Of a stretch of DNA of 38,213 nt, positions 26,804 to 36,619 are shown in pieces. This DNA comes from an uncultured Sphingorhabdus sp. (GTDB taxonomy: Bacteria; Pseudomonadota; Alphaproteobacteria; Sphingomonadales; Sphingomonadaceae). The position numbers and the translations under genes were made by a program. Numbering within the stretch: the first letter of the stretch is position 1; each line of letters starts with the position of its first letter. Below the pieces are notes generated by a model that had not been told where the DNA came from, ran no database searches, and worked only from the letters and a program-made list of their open reading frames with translations. The stretch lies in contig CAZCXQ010000002.1 of NCBI GenBank assembly GCA_964502655.1, positions 1 to 38,213 of the forward strand, read 5' to 3'.

Positions 26804-29536
26804 ATGAAGGTTACTAATACTACACTTATATCCCGTGCATCGGTGAGCGCACTTGCGCTTGGTGTTGCGCTTGTTATCGCAGCACCCGCCTCTGCGCAGG
26901 ATGCTGATCCGGCGGCTGAGGACGGTGCAGCGGCGGACGCGATTGTTGTTACCGGTATCCGGGCTTCGCTGGATAATTCGGTTGCCCAGAAAAAAGAAAA
27001 TACGTCAATTGTAGAGGTTATCAGCCCAGAGGATCTTGGTAAGCTTCCAGATCTTTCCATCGCGGAGTCGCTTTCGCGTCTCCCGGGGCTGGCAACGCAG
27101 CGTCTGGATGGTCGTGCCAATGTGGTTTCAATCCGCGGCCTTGCTCCGGATTTCACAACGACGTTGCTAAACGGCCGTGAACAGGTCAGCACCAATAACA
27201 ATCGCGGCGTTGAGCTTGATCAATATCCAACAGAGCTGCTGAACGGTGCAGTTGTGTACAAAACGCCAGATGCCAAGCTGATTGGCCAGGCGCTTGGCGG
27301 CACGATCGACATGAAGACGATTCGTCCGCTCGCATATGGAAAGCGTCACATCGCGCTAGGCCTTCGTGGTGAAATGAATGATCTGGGCAAATTGAATCCG
27401 GATATCTCTGACAAGGGCTATCGCGGCAATATTTTCTACGTTGATCAGAATGCAGATGGAACGTTGGGCTGGGCCATTGGCTATGCGCGTATGCAGTCGC
27501 CCACAGCGGAAGAGCGCTGGAATGCATGGGGTTATCCGGATCTGAATAGCACAACCAAGGTCATTGGCGGTGCAAAACCTTATGTAAAGTCCAACAAGTT
27601 GCAGCGCGACGGGCTCATGGGTGTTCTAGAGTATATGCCCAGTGATACAGTGCATATGACCCTTGACGGCTATTGGTCGAAATTCAAGGATGATCAGCGC
27701 CTGCGTGGTATCGAACTTCCCTTGCAATGGTCAGCGGCGCAATTGCAATCCGGCAGCACATCATCTGACGGACTGGTTACTTCGGGGCAGTTCAACGGCG
27801 TAGAAGCGGTAATGCGCAACGATGTTGTGCACCGTGATTCCGATATTAAAGCAGTTGGTTTTAATACCGAATTCCAAGTTACCGACACCTTCGAAGTTGA
27901 AGCAGACATCAGTCATTCGAAACTGAAGAAGACCGAAGAAAATCTTGAAATCTATCTTGGTACAGGCCGTGGCGGCGGTGTAGGAGCGACCGATAATCTT
28001 CGCTTTACTTTGCCTGCCAATGGCGGCGTTGCAACCTTTACGCCAACGATTAACTACGCCAATCCTGCATTGTTTGTCATCACCGACCCGCAGGGCTGGA
28101 ACAGCTGTGGCGGCGCATTGCCCAATTGTCAGGATGGCTTTGTTAACCGTCCGCGTATTCAGGACCGCCTGTCTTCGATACGTCTGCAGGCCACCAAGTC
28201 ACTCGATGGTTTTGTCGAAAAGATCGAGTTCGGGGCAAATTATTCGGACCGTCGCAAGCAGTTGATTGACGAAGGTTTTGTTCTGACCAGCAAAGCGCAT
28301 CCGGCCAACACGGTTGTTCCATCGAGCTATTTGTTCGATCCCGTATCGCTCGACTTCATTGGTATCCCCGGGATGGTGTCTTTCGATTCCTGGCGTTACT
28401 ATAATGACGGCAATTATAACCTGACCAGTGAAGGACGTTGGGAACGTAGCCGACTGACCAATAGCTACGCCGTCACCGAACAAGTGCTGACGGGTTATGT
28501 GCAGGCGAGCTTCCGTTCCGATGCACTGAAAGGCAATGTCGGTTTGCAAATCGTACAAACCGATCAAAATGGTGAAGGCTATGCTGCCTATAATCCTGGC
28601 ACAGGCGTGGTTTCCAGCCCTATCAGCGACGGCGATAGCTATACAAATGCCTTGCCAAGCCTGAACGCGACATGGGAATTTTCCGAAGATACGTTTCTGC
28701 GTTTCGGCGCGGCAAAGATGCTCGCGCGTGCACGCATGGATCAGCTGAACCCTGGCAACGGTTATGGCTTTAACGTGGCAAATAACGTTCCGGGCGCGAG
28801 CATTACCCGTTCGCCATGGTCGGGTACTGCGGGCAACGCAAAGCTGCGTCCGCTGTTGGCGACGACGTTTGATGTTGCGGTCGAAAAATATCTCGGAGCC
28901 GGAGCGTATGTGTCCTTGGGCGGATTCCACAAGAAAATCGACAATTGGATCTACCGTCAGGATTCGGTGTTTGATTTCACCGGCTATGCCACACCGGGCA
29001 ATGTCGTACCGACTTTCAACCAAGGCATTGTATCGCAATGGCAGAATGGAAAGGGCGGTAAAGTCTATGGCGTTGAAGGCTCATTCTCCTTGCCTTTCAA
29101 TGCTCTGACGTCGGCTCTGGATGGCTTTGGCATTTTGGGCAGCGGTTCCTATACCAAAAGCAAGGTTCGCGAAGGCGGAGCGGATCCGATCGCAATGCCT
29201 GGTCTTTCGCGATGGGTACTGAACGGCTCTGCATATTATGAAAAGTCAGGGTTCCAGTTGCGTGCTTCGGGTCGCTATCGCTCAAGCTTCCTGGCTGAAG
29301 TATCCGGACTTAGTCTGCGGCGTGATTTGATCAAAGCACGGTCGGAGTTTGTTGTCGACGGACAGATTGGTTACACCTTCCAAAGCGGGTCGCTTGAAGG
29401 TCTTGGCATTCTGCTCCAGGCTAGCAACCTGACCAATGAACCATTCGTCACTTACTATAATGACGATGTTCGCCAAGTACGCGACTATCAGAACTATGGC
29501 CGCAATTTCATGGCTGGCATCACATATAAGTTCTAA
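26804..29536 (+). CDS. TonB-dependent receptor, probably for maltodextrins (MalA-like)
   Basis: ATG at 26804 follows a GGGGAG SD. Signal peptide ending ASAQ, AIVVTGIRASL, EDLGKLPDLSIAESLSRLPGL, LLNGREQ and VYKTPDA, with C-terminal GITYKF. It heads the amylase operon. Confidence 0.93.
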   Translation: MKVTNTTLISRASVSALALGVALVIAAPASAQDADPAAEDGAAADAIVVTGIRASLDNSVAQKKENTSIVEVISPEDLGKLPDLSIAESLSRLPGLATQRLDGRANVVSIRGLAPDFTTTLLNGREQVSTNNNRGVELDQYPTELLNGAVVYKTPDAKLIGQALGGTIDMKTIRPLAYGKRHIALGLRGEMNDLGKLNPDISDKGYRGNIFYVDQNADGTLGWAIGYARMQSPTAEERWNAWGYPDLNSTTKVIGGAKPYVKSNKLQRDGLMGVLEYMPSDTVHMTLDGYWSKFKDDQRLRGIELPLQWSAAQLQSGSTSSDGLVTSGQFNGVEAVMRNDVVHRDSDIKAVGFNTEFQVTDTFEVEADISHSKLKKTEENLEIYLGTGRGGGVGATDNLRFTLPANGGVATFTPTINYANPALFVITDPQGWNSCGGALPNCQDGFVNRPRIQDRLSSIRLQATKSLDGFVEKIEFGANYSDRRKQLIDEGFVLTSKAHPANTVVPSSYLFDPVSLDFIGIPGMVSFDSWRYYNDGNYNLTSEGRWERSRLTNSYAVTEQVLTGYVQASFRSDALKGNVGLQIVQTDQNGEGYAAYNPGTGVVSSPISDGDSYTNALPSLNATWEFSEDTFLRFGAAKMLARARMDQLNPGNGYGFNVANNVPGASITRSPWSGTAGNAKLRPLLATTFDVAVEKYLGAGAYVSLGGFHKKIDNWIYRQDSVFDFTGYATPGNVVPTFNQGIVSQWQNGKGGKVYGVEGSFSLPFNALTSALDGFGILGSGSYTKSKVREGGADPIAMPGLSRWVLNGSAYYEKSGFQLRASGRYRSSFLAEVSGLSLRRDLIKARSEFVVDGQIGYTFQSGSLEGLGILLQASNLTNEPFVTYYNDDVRQVRDYQNYGRNFMAGITYKF

Positions 29537-29544
29537 TGGCTTGA

Positions 29545-29582
29545 GTGGGTCCGGTCATTTGCACCGGGCCCACATTTATTTT
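29545..29582 (+). terminator. Intercistronic hairpin/leaky terminator after the maltodextrin TBDR
   Basis: GTGGGTCCGGT-catttgc-ACCGGGCCCAC is followed by the imperfect U-tract ATTTATTTT. Confidence 0.65.
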
Positions 29583-29630
29583 GCAACAAGCGATGTGTTG
29601 TTCGCTGGAGCGACGTGAAGGAGCGGGGAT

Positions 29631-31136
29631 GTGAGCGATAGCCGCATTCGTGATGTTGTAATTGTCGGCGGCGGCACAGCGGGCTGGATGGCCGCTGCTG
29701 CATTGTCTGCAACCATGGGAGATCAGTTAAGGATACGACTGGTCGAAAGCGAGCAAATTGGTACAGTTGGTGTTGGCGAGGCAACGATACCTGCGCTGCG
29801 CCTGTTCAATGGTTTGGTTGGCATTGACGAAGACGCATTTTTGCGGGCTTCGCAAGGCAGTTTTAAGCTCGGTATCGAATTTCTGAACTGGGGCCGCATT
29901 GGCGAAAGCTACATGCATACTTTTGGGCAGATTGGGCAAAGCCTTGATCTGATTGAATTTTGGCAATACTGGCTGCGCGGTCGTAAAGAAGGGATCGCTG
30001 AAAACCTTGGAAAATATTCATTCAACGAAAATGTAGCGCGGGCTGGAAAATTTGCCCGATTGCAGCGCATTCCGAATTCCGAATTAGAAGGAATTGGATA
30101 CGCATTTCATTTTGACGCCTCTCTATATGCTAGGTTCCTTAGAGAAATTTCAGAAAAAAATGGCGTAATTCGTACAGAAGGACGCATCATCAAAGTTAAC
30201 CAGGATGCAGAAAGCGGATTTGTCCGTTCATTTATATTGGAGTCTGGCGAAGAGATCGAAGGAGAGTTGTTTATCGACTGTTCCGGTTTTCGGGCTATGC
30301 TTATGGAACAGACGCTGGATGTCGGATATGTCGATTGGTCGCATTGGTTGCCGTGCGATCATGCGATTGCCGTTCCTACGGCTAACTCGGGTCCGCCTAG
30401 GCCTTTTACGCAGTCCATCGCACATCGTGCCGGCTGGCAGTGGCGCATCCCATTGCAGCATCGCACTGGGAATGGCTGCGTTTTCTCGAGCGCATATATG
30501 AGCGAGGATGAGGCGCGACAGATTTTGCTGGATAATGTTGAAGGCGCGCCGCTTGCCGAGCCGCGTTCAATCCGTTTCAAAACGGGCATGCGCGAAAAGG
30601 CTTGGCACCGGAATGTTGTCGCGCTTGGTTTGGCATCGGGATTTATCGAGCCGTTGGAATCAACCAGCATACATCTTGTTCAAAATGGAATAGCCCGCCT
30701 CATCTCTCATTTTCCAGACCGCGGGTTTGCTCAGGTCAACATTGATACATATAATCGCCGCATCGCATATGATTATGAACGGATCCGGGATTTTATCATT
30801 CTCCATTATACGGCAAATCAGCGGGATGAGCCTTTTTGGCGTTATCTGCGTGAAATGGATTTGCCCGACAGCCTGAGTGCAAAAATTGAATTGTTCAAAG
30901 CAACCGGCCGCATATTCCGGGAACAGGAAGAACTATTTGCAGAAGTGGGCTGGTTTCAGGTTCTCGTCGGTCAAAATATCATTCCTGAAACCTATCACCC
31001 TTTGGCAGATGTGCTGACCCAAGACGAGTTAGCGGGCTTTTTGCGGGATATCCGCACCATCGTCTCGACCCCGGTGCCGCATCTTCCGTCTCATAGTGAT
31101 TTTATCAGGCGTTATTGCGCTGCAGGAGCTTCATAA
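29631..31136 (+). CDS. Tryptophan halogenase family flavoprotein (maltodextrin locus)
   Basis: GTG start after AGGAG. Motifs IVGGGTAGW, VGVGEATIP, GSFKLGIEF (catalytic Lys position), YAFHFDA, FIDCSGF, GWQWRIPL and GFIEPLESTS. The stop overlaps the amylase start (TAATG). Confidence 0.94.
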   Translation: MSDSRIRDVVIVGGGTAGWMAAAALSATMGDQLRIRLVESEQIGTVGVGEATIPALRLFNGLVGIDEDAFLRASQGSFKLGIEFLNWGRIGESYMHTFGQIGQSLDLIEFWQYWLRGRKEGIAENLGKYSFNENVARAGKFARLQRIPNSELEGIGYAFHFDASLYARFLREISEKNGVIRTEGRIIKVNQDAESGFVRSFILESGEEIEGELFIDCSGFRAMLMEQTLDVGYVDWSHWLPCDHAIAVPTANSGPPRPFTQSIAHRAGWQWRIPLQHRTGNGCVFSSAYMSEDEARQILLDNVEGAPLAEPRSIRFKTGMREKAWHRNVVALGLASGFIEPLESTSIHLVQNGIARLISHFPDRGFAQVNIDTYNRRIAYDYERIRDFIILHYTANQRDEPFWRYLREMDLPDSLSAKIELFKATGRIFREQEELFAEVGWFQVLVGQNIIPETYHPLADVLTQDELAGFLRDIRTIVSTPVPHLPSHSDFIRRYCAAGAS

Positions 31137-32932
31137 TGCTTAAAAAATTAATCTTGCCGCTGTTGTTAACCGCGTGTGCGACCGCTCCGATTTCGGCGGC
31201 TGATCATCGTGACCGGCTTCCCGAAGATGAAGTCATTTATTTCGTCCTTCCCGACCGGTTTGAAAATAGCGACATCAAAAATGATATGGGCGGAATCAAG
31301 GGCGACCGGCTGACCCATGGGTTTGATCCGACGCATAAAGGGTTTTTCCATGGTGGCGACCTGAAAGGTCTGACGCAGCGGTTGGATTATATCCAGGGCT
31401 TGGGAATCACCGCGATATGGCTCGCACCAATTTTCAAGAACAAGCCGGTGCAGGGGCCGAAGGGTGACGAAAGCGCAGGCTATCACGGCTATTGGATCAC
31501 GGACTTTACGTCTGTGGACCCGCATTTTGGCACCAATGCAGAGTTTAAAACCTTTGTCGATGCGGCGCATGCGCGCGGGATCAAAGTCTATATGGATATC
31601 ATCGTCAACCATACGGCCGATGTCATCCGTTATGCCGATGGTGATGCCAGCAATTGGGCGTACAAAAGCCGCGCGGACTTTCCCTACAGTCGCCGGGCAG
31701 TCGACGGCGCGCCGATCAACGAAGGCTTTGCTGGTGATCAGGTGATGACGGCGGAAAATTTCGCCAAGCTGACGGACATGAACTATGCGTATAATGTCTT
31801 CGTCCCTAAGGGCGAGGAGAATGTCAAAGTTCCTGCATGGCTGAATGATCCGCGTTATTACCATAATCGCGGCAACACGACATTCTGGAACGAGTCTGCG
31901 ACAATGGGCGACTTTGTCGGATTAGACGACCTGATGACCGAGCATCCCTATGTGGTGCAGGGGATGATCGATATTTACGGCGATTGGATCGACCGTTTTG
32001 GCGTGGATGGGTTCCGTGTTGACACTGCGCGCCATGTGAACCCTGAATTTTGGCAAGCCTTTGTGCCCGCCATATTGGCGCGCGCAAAAGCAAAGGGCAT
32101 TCCCAATTTCCACATCTTTGGTGAGATTGGCGGCATTGGCCTGGAACCCGGAAAACTCGCCGTGCACACCCTTGTTGATGGCTTTCCGGCTGTCATCGAT
32201 TTTGCATTTAGGCAAGCTGCGGTTGATGCGCTGGGCGGCAAGGACGGCACCAACAAGCTGTGGGAATTGTTGTTTCAAGATCCGCTATACAAAGGCGGTG
32301 CCGACAAGGCGCGGATACAGCCTACTTTCATTTCCAACCATGATAATGGCCGCTTTGCGTATTATGTCCGCAAGCTTCTTCCCAATGCCAGCGATGATGA
32401 AGTGCTCGCCCGCGTGCGATTGGGCCATGTCTTGTTACTGACAATGCGCGGTGTACCCACCATTTATTCCGGTGACGAACAAGGCTTTACCGGCGATGGC
32501 TGGGATCAGGATGCGCGCGAAGACATGTTCCCGTCCAAAGTCGCTATCTATAATGACAATACACTGCTCGGCACCAAAGCGACGACAGCGCAAAGCAATT
32601 TTGACACAGCGCATCCATTATACGGATTATTCTCTAAGCTCGCGAAATTGCGGACGGATAATGTGGCGCTTCGGCGGGGCACAACCGTTGTGCGCAACTA
32701 TGCCGACACACCCGGCCTATTCGCTTTTTCGCGGATTGATGCAGCAAGCGGCGCCGAAATACTGGTGGTCATGAACACATCAACCGCGCCACTGACTGCG
32801 CATGTTGAACTTAATCCGGCGAGCCGCAGTTTGACCGCGCTTGATGGCGAATGCCCCGCCACGCCCCGTGCGCCGGGTAGCGCCGCCTTCACTCTAAAAC
32901 CGCTTGATTATGCGATCTGCTCGGTGAAATGA
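31136..32932 (+). CDS. GH13 alpha-amylase/cyclomaltodextrinase-like enzyme, predicted lipoprotein
   Basis: ATG at 31136 follows a GGAG SD, with lipobox MLKKLILPLLLTA-C. GH13 regions GGDLKG, YHGYW, DIIVNH, DGFRVDTARH, FGE and FISNHD are present. Confidence 0.93.
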   Translation: MLKKLILPLLLTACATAPISAADHRDRLPEDEVIYFVLPDRFENSDIKNDMGGIKGDRLTHGFDPTHKGFFHGGDLKGLTQRLDYIQGLGITAIWLAPIFKNKPVQGPKGDESAGYHGYWITDFTSVDPHFGTNAEFKTFVDAAHARGIKVYMDIIVNHTADVIRYADGDASNWAYKSRADFPYSRRAVDGAPINEGFAGDQVMTAENFAKLTDMNYAYNVFVPKGEENVKVPAWLNDPRYYHNRGNTTFWNESATMGDFVGLDDLMTEHPYVVQGMIDIYGDWIDRFGVDGFRVDTARHVNPEFWQAFVPAILARAKAKGIPNFHIFGEIGGIGLEPGKLAVHTLVDGFPAVIDFAFRQAAVDALGGKDGTNKLWELLFQDPLYKGGADKARIQPTFISNHDNGRFAYYVRKLLPNASDDEVLARVRLGHVLLLTMRGVPTIYSGDEQGFTGDGWDQDAREDMFPSKVAIYNDNTLLGTKATTAQSNFDTAHPLYGLFSKLAKLRTDNVALRRGTTVVRNYADTPGLFAFSRIDAASGAEILVVMNTSTAPLTAHVELNPASRSLTALDGECPATPRAPGSAAFTLKPLDYAICSVK

Positions 32933-34557
32933 CCAAATATACACTTCCTCTCCCCGACGTCGAAACCGGCCACGAATGGTGGCGCGGGGCGACCATTTAT
33001 CAGGTGTACCCGCGCAGCTTTTGTGATTCCAATGGTGATGGCGTTGGCGATTTAGCCGGTATCACGTCAAAGTTGGACTATATCGCGTCGCTGGGGGTCG
33101 ATGCGCTGTGGATATCGCCATTCTTCACTTCGCCAATGAAAGATTTCGGCTATGACGTCGCCGATTATTGCGATGTCGATCCGATATTTGGAACGTTGGC
33201 AGATTGCGATACGCTGATCGCCCAAGCGCATCTGCGCGGTCTTCGCGTGATGGCCGATTTGGTGTTTTCCCATACATCAGACCAACATGCCTGGTTCACT
33301 GAAAGCAGGGCAAGCCGCGATAATGCCAAGGCCGATTGGTATGTTTGGGCCGATCCCAAGGCCGATGGATCACCCCCCAATAATTGGGCGTCGGTGTTTC
33401 ATGGTGCCGCATGGACATGGGATGCGCGGCGGCAGCAATATTATATGCATAATTTCCTGAAGGAGCAGCCGCAGCTCAATATGCACAACCGGGCCGTACA
33501 GGATGCGGTGCTGGATGCGGCCCGGTTTTGGCTCGATAGAGGCATTGACGGTTTCCGCGTCGATGCCATCAACTTTGCCATGCACGATCCATTGTTGCGC
33601 GATAATCCACCTGCACCTGCGGGTGTTGGCTTACGCACGCGCCCGTTTGATTTTCAGATCAAACTGCATAATCAGTCCCATCCGGATATCCCGCTGTTCA
33701 TTGAACGTTTCCGCGCCTTGACCGACCAATATGACGCCCGCTTCTCCGTGGCAGAGGTTGGCGGACCAGATTCGGATGGCGAGATGAAAGCCTTCACCGC
33801 CGGGGAAACGCATTTCAACAGCGCTTATGGCTTTGACTTTCTCTATGCTGATCGCTTGACACCTTCATTGGTCAAACAAGCGTTGGAAAATTGGCCTGAC
33901 GAAGCCGGTATTGGCTGGCCTAGCTGGGCACTGTCCAACCATGATGCACCCCGCTGGATCAGCCGCTGGGCACCAGCGGTTGCGCGTGATGCCTATGCCC
34001 GCATGGTCATGCTGCTCTTCGTGGCCCTACGCGGCAATATCATATTGTGGCAAGGCGAGGAATTGGGGCTGACCCAAGTCGATATTCCTTTTGAAAAATT
34101 GCAAGACCCCGAAGCCATCGCCAATTGGCCGCTGACGCTAAGCCGGGATGGCACGCGCACGCCGATGCCGTGGTTGGCGCAGGACGAACATGGCGGCTTT
34201 AGCAGCGCCGAGCCGTGGCTGCCCATCGGCGACTGCAATGCCGCGCGGGCGGTGGACCGGCAAGAGGCAGATCCCACATCGCTGTTACACCTCACCCGCC
34301 GTCTTATTGCCTTCCGCAGCGCCAATGACGCGCTGCTGGTTGGCGCGCTGCGGATAATCGAGGCGAGCAGCACTCTGCTGGTGTTCGAACGCAGCAGTGC
34401 AAACCAGCATCTGCTGTGTGTCTATAATTTTTCGGATGGCGCTGTGCATTGGGCGCCCGCGCAACCAGATCGCTGGCGCGTGATTGAGAGTGTCAACGGC
34501 GCGGAAGGTTGGGATTTGCCTGCCTATGGTGGGCTAATTGCAAAACGGATTGCCTGA
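32929..34557 (+). CDS. GH13 alpha-glucosidase (maltase/oligo-glucosidase-like), cytoplasmic
   Basis: Motifs WWRGATIYQVYPRSFCDSNGDGVGDL, DFGYDVADY, DLVFSHTS, QPQLN, DGFRVDAIN, VAEV and SNHD. ATGA overlap with the amylase gene; no signal peptide. Confidence 0.94.
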   Translation: MTKYTLPLPDVETGHEWWRGATIYQVYPRSFCDSNGDGVGDLAGITSKLDYIASLGVDALWISPFFTSPMKDFGYDVADYCDVDPIFGTLADCDTLIAQAHLRGLRVMADLVFSHTSDQHAWFTESRASRDNAKADWYVWADPKADGSPPNNWASVFHGAAWTWDARRQQYYMHNFLKEQPQLNMHNRAVQDAVLDAARFWLDRGIDGFRVDAINFAMHDPLLRDNPPAPAGVGLRTRPFDFQIKLHNQSHPDIPLFIERFRALTDQYDARFSVAEVGGPDSDGEMKAFTAGETHFNSAYGFDFLYADRLTPSLVKQALENWPDEAGIGWPSWALSNHDAPRWISRWAPAVARDAYARMVMLLFVALRGNIILWQGEELGLTQVDIPFEKLQDPEAIANWPLTLSRDGTRTPMPWLAQDEHGGFSSAEPWLPIGDCNAARAVDRQEADPTSLLHLTRRLIAFRSANDALLVGALRIIEASSTLLVFERSSANQHLLCVYNFSDGAVHWAPAQPDRWRVIESVNGAEGWDLPAYGGLIAKRIA

Positions 34558-34579
34558 CATTGCCTAAAGGAGAGAGTGG

Positions 34580-36619
34580 ATGCCTAAAAAAATAGTGCTT
34601 GCTGCGGCTGCCGTTGCCAGCCTGATCGTGATGGCTCAGCCTGCCTTTGCCGAGCGTGTTGCAACCGCAACCTCGCCGGATGGCAACGTCAAAGTGGAAT
34701 TGAACATCGATGGTGACGGGCGCGCTGCTTATAGTGTCAGCCGCAATGGCAAATTAATCGTTGCACCCTCAAAGCTGGGTTTTTTGTTCACCGATGTCGC
34801 CAAAATCGACCGCCGCCTGTCGGTAACGGGGCAAGAGGTTAAGGATTTTGACCAAAGTTGGACACAGCCATGGGGCGAATGGTCCACCATCCGCAACCAG
34901 CACCGCGAATTGAAAGTACATTTGAAAGAGACGACCGCGCTGGCGCGCATTTTTACGGTCACATTCCGCATATTCAACGATGGCGTTGGGTTTCGCTACG
35001 AATTTCCTGAACAGCCGAACATGGCGCAAACCAATATCGCCGATGAGCTGACCGAATTTGCCTTTGCCACAGACGCTACAGCGTGGTGGAAGCCCGCGTT
35101 TCTATGGAATCGAGAGGAATATCTTTACAATAAAACGCCGCTGTCTTCGGTCAGTAATGCGGACACGCCGGTGACGATGAAGCTCGCCAACGGCACCCAT
35201 GTGGCGCTGCATGAGGCCGCGTTGGTCGATTATTCCGGCATGGCCGTTGCGCGGACTGAAGGCAATACGTTGCGCGCGGCGCTCCATCCCGGTGCAGGGG
35301 CACCAAAGGTACAGAAAAAGGGTGCGTGGCAGACGCCTTGGCGTACGCTGATTATCGCGGATGATGCTGCGGGTATTTACCAGTCACACCTGATGCTGAA
35401 CCTAAATGAGCCAAACAAATTGGGTGACGTCAGCTATATCAAGCCGGGCAAATTTGCCGGCGTGTGGTGGAATATGATCAAAGGCGAATGGTCATGGGCA
35501 CGTGGGCCAAAACATGGTGCGACGAACGAAAACGTAAAGCGCTACATCGATTTCGCCTCTGCAAATAAAATCCCGCATCTATTGGTCGAAGGCTGGAATG
35601 TAGGCTGGGACGGCGACTGGTTCGGCAATGGCCATGACATGGATTTTGCAAAGCCGACAGAGGATTTCGATGTCAAAATGCTCGTCGAATATGGCCGCAA
35701 AAAGGGCGTGCGCCTGATCGGTCACCATGAGACCGGTGGTGCAGCAAGCCATTATGAAAAGCAGTTTGACAAAGCATTCAAATTTGCGGCCGACAATAAT
35801 TATATGGTCGTCAAAACCGGCTATGTCACCGATGCAGCGCAGATGGAGCGTGAGGATGATGACGGCAAAAAATATCGCGAATGGCACCAAAGCCAATGGA
35901 TGGTGAACCACCAGCTGCGTGTGCTCGAAGCTGCTGCGAAGTATAAAGTCGGCATCGACAGCCACGAGCCTGTCAAAGGCACGGGCTTGCACCGCACATA
36001 TCCCAACTGGGTCGCGCGCGAGGGCATGCGTGGCATGGAGTATAATTCATGGCCCGGCAAAAACCCGCCCGAGCATGAGGCCAATGTCGTGTTTACGCGG
36101 ATGTTAGAGGGGCCGATGGATTTTACGCCCGGTATCTTAAGCCTTCAGGGGGAGGGCGGTAGCAACATCTTGTCGACCATCGCAAAGCAACTGGCTTTAT
36201 ATGTCGTCATCTATTCGCCGGTGCAGATGGCCGCAGACACGCCCGAAAATTATGCCAAATATCCCGAAGCCTTTAAGTTCATTCGCGACGTCCCCACGGA
36301 TTGGGACGATACCCGCGTACTCAATGGCGAGATCGGCGATTTTGTAACGATCGCGCGCAAGGAACGTGGCGGCAAAAATTGGTATATCGGTGCAGTGGGT
36401 GATGAAGAAGCACGTAACGTCAGCTTCAAACTTGATTTCTTGACGCCCGGCAAAAAATACACCGCCGAGATTTATCGCGATGGCGATGACGCAGATTATC
36501 GTACGGAAAAGCGCCATTCCATAGCCATATACAGCCGGACGTTGCGGAGCACCGATAGTCTCGACATGCGCATCGCACCGGGCGGCGGCTTTGCCATCCG
36601 CTTGGTCGAGGGTAAATGA
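34580..36619 (+). CDS. GH97 alpha-glucosidase (SusB-like, probably the inverting subtype), exported
   Basis: AGGAGAG SD and signal peptide ending AFA. Motifs DGVGFRY, HEAAL, TPWR, YIDFA, LVEGWN, HHET, SHE, REGMRGMEY, FTRMLEGPMDFTPG and PTDWDDT. Confidence 0.94.
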   Translation: MPKKIVLAAAAVASLIVMAQPAFAERVATATSPDGNVKVELNIDGDGRAAYSVSRNGKLIVAPSKLGFLFTDVAKIDRRLSVTGQEVKDFDQSWTQPWGEWSTIRNQHRELKVHLKETTALARIFTVTFRIFNDGVGFRYEFPEQPNMAQTNIADELTEFAFATDATAWWKPAFLWNREEYLYNKTPLSSVSNADTPVTMKLANGTHVALHEAALVDYSGMAVARTEGNTLRAALHPGAGAPKVQKKGAWQTPWRTLIIADDAAGIYQSHLMLNLNEPNKLGDVSYIKPGKFAGVWWNMIKGEWSWARGPKHGATNENVKRYIDFASANKIPHLLVEGWNVGWDGDWFGNGHDMDFAKPTEDFDVKMLVEYGRKKGVRLIGHHETGGAASHYEKQFDKAFKFAADNNYMVVKTGYVTDAAQMEREDDDGKKYREWHQSQWMVNHQLRVLEAAAKYKVGIDSHEPVKGTGLHRTYPNWVAREGMRGMEYNSWPGKNPPEHEANVVFTRMLEGPMDFTPGILSLQGEGGSNILSTIAKQLALYVVIYSPVQMAADTPENYAKYPEAFKFIRDVPTDWDDTRVLNGEIGDFVTIARKERGGKNWYIGAVGDEEARNVSFKLDFLTPGKKYTAEIYRDGDDADYRTEKRHSIAIYSRTLRSTDSLDMRIAPGGGFAIRLVEGK

